The position numbers and the translations under genes are program-made. From Eremomyces bilateralis CBS 781.70 (lineage: Eukaryota), in NCBI GenBank assembly GCA_010015585.1, contig ML975161.1: a stretch of 64,000 bases of DNA; one strand, written 5' to 3'. Under the pieces are notes generated by a model that was not told where the DNA came from, did not search any database, and saw only the letters and a list, made by a program, of their open reading frames with translations. Position 1 is the first letter of the stretch. Every line of letters starts with the position of its first letter. Below, piece by piece: positions 37,478 through 47,964 of the stretch.

Positions 37478-40400
37478 ATGAATCCTGCTCAGCTGCTTAA
37501 TCCTGCTGCTTTTCGTAAAAAGAGTGAGTGAAATATCCTTTCACCTGAATGACTGCTACGCCAGTGAAGGAGATCCACGCAAGACAGTCACCTTCGTTTT
37601 CTTCTACTGCAGGTCTCACTTCTTTTCGCATACATCATTCAAGTACCTACCGGTTCCCTTTTAATTCCCTGAGATCTTATTAAAGCAGCTGCCCTTCAAC
37701 CTGATGCAATTCCCGGTGGTCATGGATCTCCCTTTGACGGACGCAAGGCGGTGGTCACACGTTCCGGAAGAAGAATCACTGTTGACTTCTGAATCCAAAG
37801 CTTCCACCCCGTCTTCGGCTTCCACTGAAGGGTCGCCTAGACATGTACCGCTGAGAATCGATCCTAGCCGACTCCTCAACCCCAAGAAATCACTTGGAGC
37901 ACCTACCGGCAATTCCGATGCTCCAGTGCAGGCATCCGCCACCCCGAGTCAGGATGCGAAGTTCGGCTCATTGATTGAACGCATGCACAATGTCGAAGCT
38001 CGAACCGAGCCGATTGCCAAGAAACGAAAGTTCAACGACGACGAAGCCGCTGAAACGACGTCAATTCGGACCAATGGCGCCAGCTCGGGGATTGTGGCAG
38101 ATCATTTAGCTAAGAAAGATATTGAAGCGAGATCCGCCCAAGGCATCGTGGACTTGACAGCAGGTAGGTATTTCGAAATCGACGAAATCGCCATGCTGAC
38201 TTCACCTAGAACCGGATGACGACGACGTGATTTTTGTGAGAGATAGTGGCAATGTTGAGGCCTGTCTCGGTGAGGTCGAGGCTCAGGTCAACGCCCACCA
38301 AATTCCTGCTCCAAAACCGGGTTTCGACCATCCAACCCATTGGCCTAGCATTCGGTGTGAACTAGTCCTCCAAAATACGACACAGCAAGCCAACGACTCC
38401 GTGATCCTCGTGAAGGATCACGCAAAGAATGTTTTTGGGCGACTAGATCATCGGACGGCGTCCGCACTCACACCCGCATTGCGGTCATCGGTCGGAATGA
38501 AACTGAGCGGCAAGCTTGCCGATCGGAAGCGTGTGCCGGGTGAGCAACGGGGAAGTCACACTTCAATGACCTTGAAAATCAAGGTTCAAGTGTTTGCGCC
38601 TCGAAAATATGCTAGTGCTATCGGGAAGTCGTTCAAGCAGAGAGGAATCCAATTGAAGAATCCGACACTCTCCGACCTTCGAAATCCGAATATTGACATT
38701 TTAAATCCCCACGAGGCAGCGAATTTAGGAGGCGTGTATGGAGCAACTGGATCTTCTGGAGCTACGGAATACCGAAGCGGATATCGTACCGCGGAGGAAG
38801 CTCGAAGTGATGTGTTCGACATCTTCGACAAACTTCCGTCCACCGACGAACTCCCCGAGACCGAGCAAGTGGCCGCTGTCATGACCCCACTCCTTAAGCA
38901 TCAAAAGCAGGCATTGACGTTCATGCTTCGCAGAGAGAGCAATGGAACCGATGGGTCACAGAACGGACTTGGCCTTTGGCAATACACCTATGCCGCAAAT
39001 GGGCAAGCGGTGTATCATCACCCCATCACCGGTAAGTGTAGAATTCGTGTTGGTGATAATCACTAACATATCCTGCAGGCTTCCAAACGTATACGAAACC
39101 TATCCCTGAGCGGGGAGGGGTCCTTGCCGATGTCATGGGCTTGGGTAAATCGTTGACTGTCCTCGCATTAATTGCAGCGACTTTGAACGATGCGAAGCTA
39201 TTCTCTCACAGTCCTCCGTTACGAACCTTAGAAAGACCCGTCTCGTGCAGGTCCAGGGCTACTCTTCTCGTCGTGCCGCTGAGTACGATTGCCACCTGGG
39301 AGATGCAGATCAAGTCCCATCTCGCTGATGGCACATTGACATACTGCCTGTATCACGGACCGAGCAGGGAAACAAATGTCCCGAGACTCGCAGACTACGA
39401 TGTCATCATCACCACGTATGGAACGCTTGGGACGGAAACATCTCGTAAGGCGAAGGCGATGAGCCCCCTGTTGGCGATCGACTGGTTTCGGGTGGCGCTG
39501 GATGAAGCCCACACGATCCGTCAAGCAACCACCAAACAGGCCCAAGCAGCGTGTGCTCTTCTCGCTGAACGACGATGGGCAGTGACCGGAACGCCGATCC
39601 AAAATCGTCTGGAGGACTTGGGCTCACTCCTCAAGTTTCTGCGAGTCGAGCCGTTTCAGAATCCTGGTGCCTTCAACACGTATCTCGTGGCGCCGTTTAA
39701 AAATGCGGATCCGGAAATTGTACCCCGTTTGAGGGCCTTGGTCAACGCAATCACCATTCGACGACTCAAAGACCGGATTAATCTGCCACCTAGGCACGAG
39801 AACAAGGTCTACCTTCATCTCGCCGATGACGAGCGATTAATCTATGAGAAATTCAGATACGAGGCGTCCGCAAGACTTTCGCACATCGCGACACGAGACA
39901 CGGCGAAGGCCTTAGGTGGAAGGAACTATTCGCATGTCTTGAGGGCCATTCTGCAGCTTCGACTTCTCTGTGTCCATGGGACCGATCTCCTATCGGAGCA
40001 AGACTTGAAACTTACCGATGGACATTCCGCCGAGAATGCGATCACCATCGACGAATACATGAAAGGTCTTGTCCCGGTGCAAGCCTACGAGATGTTCCAG
40101 ATGCTCACGGAAGTGGCCAACGACAGATGCGATATCTGCAGAAAGCGAGTTAGCGATGACGAAGAGGACGAGACAGAGGATGAAGAACGTGGAACCAAGG
40201 ACAACGACCTCATGGGATACATGACACCGTGCTACCATATCATCTGCTGCGATTGCGCCAATCCTTACATGCAAAGGATGTTTGCGCAGGGCGGACAGGA
40301 GGATATAAAAACATGCCATGTGTGCGATCGTGATATTGAGCTCAAGCTCTTCAAACTGTCGCGGAGTGGTTTCCACGAGTATCGCTATCCGTCGAGGGAT

Positions 40401-41072
40401 AACCGAGCCAGTGCGAAGCTCGCCAGACTGAAGGAGAAATATAAGGGCCCGCACACGAAGACCAAGGCTCTGCTTGCCTCGCTCCAGGAGAATCAGGAGC
40501 GGAGCAAGGCACGTCCTGACGAGGGTCCCATCAAGAGGTAGGGGGCTTTGATCGAATTGGAACCGTCAGCTAACATGTCTTGCAGTGTGGTCTTCACTTA
40601 CTGGACATCTCATATGGACCTCATCTCATTTGCACTCCAAGATAAAGGCATTCCGTTCGTTCGCCTCGATGGCAGTATGTCTCGGAAGAAGCGTGGCGAC
40701 GCCATCCAAGAATTCCAAGACGATCCGTCCATCGAAGTGTTCCTCATCTCCATCTCCGCGGGCGGCGTCGGTCTCAACCTCACAGCCGCCTGTCGCGTGT
40801 ACGTGATGGAGCCCCAATTCAACCCCGCGGCCGAAACCCAAGCCGTCGAGCGCGTCCACCGCCTCGGGCAGACCCGAGAGGTGGTCATCACCCACTTCAT
40901 CATCAAAGGCAGCATCGAGGAGAACATCCTGAAGCTGGCGGAGACGAAACGCGATCTGGCAGACCTCTCGATGAGCAAAAACGCGAAGCTGGACAAGACG
41001 GAGGTGATGGAGCAACGGTTGAAGAACCTCAAGGCGTTGTTTGGAGGGGCCAGCGCGCTGTCGTTTAAATGA
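37478..41072 (+). CDS. Rad5/HLTF-like SNF2 helicase with HIRAN-like region and RING finger; introns 38164-38209, 39032-39078, 40538-40585; 5' exon structure uncertain
   Basis: TPLLKHQKQAL, GGVLADVMGLGKS, TLLVVPLS, RVALDEAH, AVTGTPIQNRLEDL, RING CDIC..PCYHIICCDC..CHVC, RLDGSM, AGGVGLNL, QAVERVHRLGQ; putative first exon MNPAQLLNPAAFRKK echoes the internal DPSRLLNPKK. Confidence 0.92.
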
Positions 41073-41323
41073 TCGGACGATCGGTGTTTTCTACAACGGG
41101 ACGATGCATGGAATTTACATAGCAAACTTGCTGACGTGGAACAATCTCCATGCACATGGATGGGCTCCTCGGAGATACGATGTATGGCTCACGGATGAAC
41201 GACTGGGAAGATTTAGCGACGATGGTCGCATATGGCATTGGTTTCAGGGCGTAATGGCATCACGCATTATACCAAGATAGATCATAATTGAATAATGACA
41301 GGGAGACCTTCCACTCCATTTAT

Positions 41324-43407
41324 CTAGCTTGCTGACATATTCAACGGGCCAACCTGCACCTTTTCCCGCGCCTGCAACTCCTTCCAACCCTCCTCCTTCG
41401 CCCGCACACGCGCGTGTTTGCGCTTCTCCCCCACCATTCGACCAAACCGCCCGCGCGCGCCAAACTTGATCTTCGTGATCATATCCGTGGCCGTCCCCTT
41501 CGTCATGCTGCCTTCCTTCAACTGATCATCTTTACCGCGAAACTTGTTCAGGAAGTCGATCTGCGCGGTACTGGCGGGCGCGCGCCGCCACGGTTGGGAT
41601 TTGCCGATGAACTGTCGCGTGAAGGTTTCTAATGCAAACGTGTCGGCGGCATGGACGGCGTCTTCGAAGGTGTCTGCGCGAGCGATCTCCCGAGGTCGAG
41701 CGTACGGCGATGTCGCCTTCTGACCGGGTCGGAAAGGAATCTTGAGCGTGTGCTTGACGATGAAACCGCTGGATGGCGGAGACTTTTCGATCGTGATGTA
41801 ATCCCCGTTCTGGGAGGCAAGGACATATCGATATTCACCCACATCTACCCAAGCATGTTGACTGATTGCGCGAATGTGTCTCTCCCCAGAAGTATCCTCA
41901 ATCAGGTCGCTCACGGAATCGTAGTCAATAAATCTAACTGATTTGGGAGTAGCGGAGCTGACAATGTTTGGCGCAGACTCGGTCTTTAGCTCCTGTTCAA
42001 ACTCTCGCTCTTTTTTCTCCCGTATGTCCTTAATTTGATCCATATCTGCACTTTCGAGCAGGATATTCGGATCAAGACCAAACAAGGTCGGAACGGTCAC
42101 GATCCCCGTCTTCAGAGACCCAACCATGTCGAGGATATGGCAGTTTTCCTTCCCAGGATGTAGTCGCATTCCCCGCCCGATCATTTGGACCAGCAGATTC
42201 CGTGATTTGGTCGGCCGTGCTAATATGATGCAATCGATATTTGGGATGTCCGTCCCTTCGGTGAACACACCGCAATTCACAAGAACCGGAAACTCTCCTC
42301 GTTTGAAACCATCCAGCCGCTCACTCCGGACACCCGCTCGTGTGTCGCCCGTGATAAACCTGGCATCGATGCCATGGTCGCGGAACGTCGCCGTGGTCTG
42401 TGAGACATGCTTTACGTCGACGCAGAACACCAAAGTGGACCGCCGATTTGTGGCTTTGGCAAGCCAGGACTTGACGGTGATTTCGTTCGCCTCGGGGGTG
42501 TTCACCGCTGGGGAGAGGGACGATGTAAGGAAGTCTCCACTCTTGGATGACTTGACGTGGGAGAGATCGACGTGCGTCTCGACGGTGGTGAATATGACAT
42601 TCGATAACCACTTGTCCTCGATCATGTCAACGTAATCCCTGAGCTGTCAGCTGGAATCTCACATGGGAGCGTGGTGCATACTTGTGGTAAACGATATGAT
42701 CGATGACCTCCCCTAGACGTATGCCGTCGAAGCGGGAGAACGTTGCGGACACTCCCACCAGTGCTGGCTTAACCTCCTGATCTGAACGGAGATCAAAGTG
42801 GTCCAAGACTTCCAAATATTTCGGGGCCACGATATGATGCGCCTCGTCGACGAGGATCAATTTGAATCGGGAAGGATCATATTTCTCTAACCGGTCGCCA
42901 GACGTTATGCTTTGCACTGAAGCAATAGTGATGTCCGCATGCCCTGTAGCATGGTTTGATCCCATCTCTATTTCGATGGTCCTGTCAGGGTACTGTCCTG
43001 TGCAGTGGCGAGCCGCTTGCTCCACCAACTCCCGGCGATGCGCCAGGATGAGAGTCTGGGATGCGACATCTTTGGAGGGGATCCGTTCAATGAGTTGGGT
43101 GAAAATAACCTGCCGCGCAACATCAGTATGTAGCTAGCACTATTAGATCGTAGAAACCAACTGTCTTTCCACTTCCCGTGGCCAAGGAGACACCGAGGCG
43201 CTGGTGTCCTTTCCTCAGGTAAGAGAGGACTGATTGAATGCATTCTTCCTGGTAGTCCCTAAGTTTGATAGCCGGTCCAGGTGATTTTAACAACGATGAA
43301 GACACTTGAGCTCCGGAAATCGTTCGAGTGGTTCGAACGTATTGCCAGTGCGGAAAATGTGGCAGTTGCTTTCTGCCAACGCCAAACGCTCGAGTGAGGA
43401 TATTCAT
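41324..43407 (-). CDS. IRC3: Mitochondrial SF2 DNA helicase Irc3; introns 43110-43161, 42639-42681
   Basis: Basic presequence, [77 protein letters not shown]-terminal [24 protein letters not shown]. Confidence 0.92.
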
Positions 43408-43688
43408 AGGACACCTTCAAACGGAATATGTGAGACCATCACCTAACCATTAACATTACGAGCATCAGACTCATCCCGTCTTTAAACTGTACATTTATGA
43501 CTTTGCTGTTCAAAAGTACCTGTTCTTATTGTTCATGTCCTGATGATCAATCTGATCTGAACAATTGAAGACGGTCGATTCGTTCTCCACTTATTCGCGC
43601 AACGCGTGTCAGCGAACCAATCACAGCTGATCGCATCTGATATCAACTTTTTCCAACGATCTCCCCCTCATCAAACATTCCTCAGATC

Positions 43689-46600
43689 ATGTCAAGCGAA
43701 GGCCACTCTGAAGCATCGGCGGGATCTTCAGAGCCTGGTTTGCCTCGGGCCAAGTTTTCCAATCATTTGTACCACGATACCGAAGAGAAATTCCCTTTAC
43801 TTTCATCGGCATCTCGTATAAGGTCGCCAGGGCTCGCAGCATGGAAGGAGTCGCCGCAATCCCCAGGTCAGCAAGATGTTATCTACGACACCTATGTTTC
43901 ACTGGCGCCTGCGCATAAATCGAGTCTGCCAGGTCGAAAACGCCGGATTCCGTCATCGCACCTGGCGAGAGAGCCCCTTTCCAGTCCACTGAAGCGACGA
44001 AAAACTGCTCCGCCAGCTACCAACAGTGATTCAGCGCAATGGAATTCGGAGAGTCTATTAGGAGACGAAGACAATCGACCGAGTTCCGCGAGATATGCGG
44101 ATGACGAACAGTCGCCCTCGCCTTCTCGACCGCTCTCGACCTATAAACGGCGGATTCGGTTGCTCCCTTCAAAAGGCTATTATTCCGACCAATACCGTCA
44201 TCTGCTGAACCAGGAGATCACGCGTGCCGCAAATCCGTTCGCAGATTTCGATATCCGTGGGCTGAAACCATCTCGAATTGGCGCAACTACATGGTCTGCG
44301 GCAGAAAAGGCGGCCTTCTTCAAGGCTCTGGAGTTGAAAGGCCGAAGAAATTTGCCCGAGATTGTTAAGATTGTGAATCTCGTCAAACAACAGCAAGATT
44401 TCGAAGAGTATTCGGACTCCGACTCCACGACTCCCCCATCCGAATCCAACGGCCAACGGGTGCCCCCGCAAAATATTTCTCTTAATGTTCGAGATGAGTC
44501 TACGGGAGGGCAGGATGATTATGCGAGCGGCCAGTCTACCGACGAACATTCCACCCATCCTGATATCGGGCTCAATAACACCGGCAAAGGGAAGAGGAAA
44601 GAGCGCTCACGAGAAGGAGATGGTTCGAACGTGGACGGGCGTGATAGCGAGCTAGGGGATACCATCAAAGACGGGGGGAACCAACGCGGAATTGAAAAAG
44701 ACAGGTCTCGCCTAAACTCTTGGGTTCATCAGCTGCAACAACACACCGGGACCGAGAAGGATGCGAATCAGGGCAATGAAACCCGCACCGACGAAGAACA
44801 TTCCTACGACGCCGACACGGAGGGTTATTGGGCAACATACCCAGCAACCGATGTCTCTTCCTCGGATGAGAGTTGGAAATTATACAACGACGGTGTTGGA
44901 GAAGCAACAGGCAAAAACCCTTTCGAGTGCGAGAGCTACGCACAGTTTCTAGAATCCTGGCTTCGGACCGTACATGTGGACCCACTTGCGGATGATCTCA
45001 AACCACTTTGGGAGGAGGTCGACGACATCCTGCTTCCATATCGTGATCTTCCAGCGGCGTTCGAGATGAACGGGATTGCCGAAGATGCCTTAGACCGTGC
45101 CGCGGAGAGTCTGCAGGTCCGTGTTTGGCATAAAGAGCGAAAGGACGAGATCAAGAAGTATGGCGATGTTGCTGTTTTGACATCCGACATTGCGGCAGAG
45201 ATCGAGGGTTTGATGCCGAGCGAGAATGCACGGATGCGAGCGGAGATGAATGAGGAGGAAGTTGGCGAAGACGGTGTTCTGGGTGCAGCTTCATGGGCTC
45301 GTGGAGAATACTGGCTCCCGCAAACCTTGGAACAGGCGAAGTCCTACGCTCAGGAAGGGCGAACATTGTTGGATAAGATTCCTGCCGCGAGAGTACTTAA
45401 CCTTCAACGATTTCTAGAATTGTCCCGGAACGTCTTCATGAACCCGAGAAGGGAGATAGAAATCTGCAATTGGCGGGAAGTTGCACAAGGAGATGAAGAA
45501 CCGTCGATCTTGTATTCGGCCTTTGAAGACTTTTCCCGGGTGGTCCTCATGATCACCAAACGAGTGGTTCAGGCGGCGATATACAGAGCTCGGGAGCGCA
45601 TAGCTCAGTTCAGACCGGCGGACACCAAGAGCTACAAACCATGCATCCGCAAGGAAGACGTGTGGGATGCTCTCGACCTGGTCGGCATGGATGCAAAGCG
45701 GGACTGGCAGGACAAATATCGCAATAAATACTGGCTCAACTTACCTCGCCGCTGCGGGTTGGTGGTGTACTGGCGGACTGCCGACATGCACAGCAAGTCC
45801 CTCAGCAAGCCATTGACAGACGATCAGGTCGCGGTGGCTTTGCGCAGTACCAGGAAAAGAATCCCCGATCCACGGCTGGACTACCGAAATCAACTCCCGA
45901 AGAAAAAACGACGAAGCTCAAGAGTTCGACGGCGAGATACCCCAGACCATTACACCGAATTCATTGTCCCTGGGACAATCCAACGATTGCACGACTTGTA
46001 TCCTGACGAGAACGACGTTCGAGTCCATCCAGCTGCGCCGTCGGGGGCGCCACCCGCGCCACAGTACGGGTTTTCTGGCCCTCCATTCTTGCCGGGAGAT
46101 CCGGATCCGGACACGATGTCTGACATCGAGGAGACTCATGCGTCCGAACCATCCGACATGAACTCGGATACCCAAGCCAACATCCACGACAACGAGGAGT
46201 CTCACCGAGAACAGCAACACCTCCTGGAACTACTGCAAATCCGCCCGGAGCTGCATCCCTCGCCACAGGAGTTCCACCCGCCATCGGAACCGATAATCAC
46301 CGAGAAGACAGAGGAAGATTTTCGTTTGGATGACTGGTACCATCGCACTGCCTACAAGGCCGAGTGGGAGCGACGATGGCGGGGAAGGCGGCTTGGTTCA
46401 ACGTCCGACACGGGTCCGTCGGTTCATGAGAGAGATACGAGTGAAGAGAGGGGGTTGCGGAGGAGGAATAAGGCAGCGGAGCTTTCATCCGCTCCTTCGA
46501 CCCCTTCGGGATGGGCTAGGTCAGCATCCTCGACTGTCGTTACGCCAAGAAGAAGAAGGAGAAGAGTGTCGACAAGCGTGACTGAAGAGAGAGTCCTGCC

Positions 46601-46805
46601 CAGCATCGAGCAAGGATCCGGTGACCTTAACTCGGACAGCGACGAATCAATGCTGGAGGCAACGAGTCAAGTTGTAACTCCGAGATCGTTGTCGCGACGG
46701 GGTGCGCGGGAACGGGCAACGAGTGCCATCTCCTCGACGTATGAAGCGTACCCCGAGGACGATTCCAATCCGTCTGGGTCGGGAGATGATTTCATAGACG
46801 ATTGA
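43689..46805 (+). CDS. RRN5: RNA polymerase I upstream activation factor subunit Rrn5-like (Myb/SANT-like module plus histone-fold-like region)
   Basis: YRHLLNQEI, PSRIGATTWSAAEKAAFFKAL..GR, K..ECESY..FLE, DLPAAFEM, FLELSRNVFMN, AFEDFSRVVLMITKRVVQAAI, IRKEDVWDALDLVGM, YWLNLPRRCGLVV. Confidence 0.75.
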   Translation: MSSEGHSEASAGSSEPGLPRAKFSNHLYHDTEEKFPLLSSASRIRSPGLAAWKESPQSPGQQDVIYDTYVSLAPAHKSSLPGRKRRIPSSHLAREPLSSPLKRRKTAPPATNSDSAQWNSESLLGDEDNRPSSARYADDEQSPSPSRPLSTYKRRIRLLPSKGYYSDQYRHLLNQEITRAANPFADFDIRGLKPSRIGATTWSAAEKAAFFKALELKGRRNLPEIVKIVNLVKQQQDFEEYSDSDSTTPPSESNGQRVPPQNISLNVRDESTGGQDDYASGQSTDEHSTHPDIGLNNTGKGKRKERSREGDGSNVDGRDSELGDTIKDGGNQRGIEKDRSRLNSWVHQLQQHTGTEKDANQGNETRTDEEHSYDADTEGYWATYPATDVSSSDESWKLYNDGVGEATGKNPFECESYAQFLESWLRTVHVDPLADDLKPLWEEVDDILLPYRDLPAAFEMNGIAEDALDRAAESLQVRVWHKERKDEIKKYGDVAVLTSDIAAEIEGLMPSENARMRAEMNEEEVGEDGVLGAASWARGEYWLPQTLEQAKSYAQEGRTLLDKIPAARVLNLQRFLELSRNVFMNPRREIEICNWREVAQGDEEPSILYSAFEDFSRVVLMITKRVVQAAIYRARERIAQFRPADTKSYKPCIRKEDVWDALDLVGMDAKRDWQDKYRNKYWLNLPRRCGLVVYWRTADMHSKSLSKPLTDDQVAVALRSTRKRIPDPRLDYRNQLPKKKRRSSRVRRRDTPDHYTEFIVPGTIQRLHDLYPDENDVRVHPAAPSGAPPAPQYGFSGPPFLPGDPDPDTMSDIEETHASEPSDMNSDTQANIHDNEESHREQQHLLELLQIRPELHPSPQEFHPPSEPIITEKTEEDFRLDDWYHRTAYKAEWERRWRGRRLGSTSDTGPSVHERDTSEERGLRRRNKAAELSSAPSTPSGWARSASSTVVTPRRRRRRVSTSVTEERVLPSIEQGSGDLNSDSDESMLEATSQVVTPRSLSRRGARERATSAISSTYEAYPEDDSNPSGSGDDFIDD

Positions 46806-47964
46806 TGATAATGAAGAAGACGAGCAAGATGACTTGGATGGGCGTGACGAATGAGCGTTAAACATAGTCTACAAAGTATTCATAATTCTCCATCGATATA
46901 TTCCCCTGGGCACTCTCTTTAGCTTTGTTGTCTGGAATCATCGTGACAAATGTGGTGTCGCGAGTGGCGTCAATCGATTACCTAGAGTGAACAGGACCTG
47001 CAACTTGAAATCCATATCTCATTTGTGAGTCACATTCGAACCGTTACCGCATTAAGCGGAGTGACCTGGCGATGCTCCAAATCCCCATAATGTGGCAGTG
47101 CCTGGGCGTCGCCGCAGCGAGTTATGGGGCCTTTTAATGTCGAAACTTCAAGCCGCATTAGCTGCGAGGAGGAATCCTAGCCAAGTATGTCAGATATATG
47201 GATCCTCAAACCGCATTGAACGTGCTAATGAGAAGCCGGTCAGTGTGGTGAATGAAAGGAGATATTCAATTCGAGTCACAGGGAATCCGATGATAGTTCA
47301 AGGCTGAAGCAAGGATGTTAAGCCATATCGGGATTACCGGACCCATCATTCATGTACTGTAGCCTTGCCAATCACCACCACCACTACACTATTGGTGAAC
47401 TGTATCAGATGTGAATACTCACTTCGCCCACTCCCTCCCAACTCCCGAGTCCCAATAGCGTTCATTACATTCATATTAGCGCTCTGATGATCTGAGGCTG
47501 AAGGTTAACACTCGAGCCAACTTCCTTAGTTATTAGTAACTGCCAGACACCGTGGTGGATATCCTCACCTCCTTGCATTGTGCAAGGGTCACGAGGCAAC
47601 GAGCCGGTCAGCTTGTTATAATATCATCGGTTCATCACTCACCAGTCTTCACTCTTCAGATATTTAAGGCACCACATCCGCCCATTTCCACCTCTGCGTT
47701 GTTCCACATGCTTGAACGTGTTCTTCCACTGACCGAGTACCACGTAGACCGCCTCACTTGAGCTCACATCCCTGCATGGTGCTTGTGAATCCGGTGTATG
47801 TTGCATGTGTATTCCGTACTTCACCAGCCCACCCACTTCTTCGCAGTGCCTTCTTCGCAGTACGCCGACGAATCCTTTTCTTTCACTTCAAGGTGTAACC
47901 CCTTAAGAAACGGTTCTCCTTCGTTTTGATGATTCCTAATACCGACACCGTGGCAGTCACAAAC

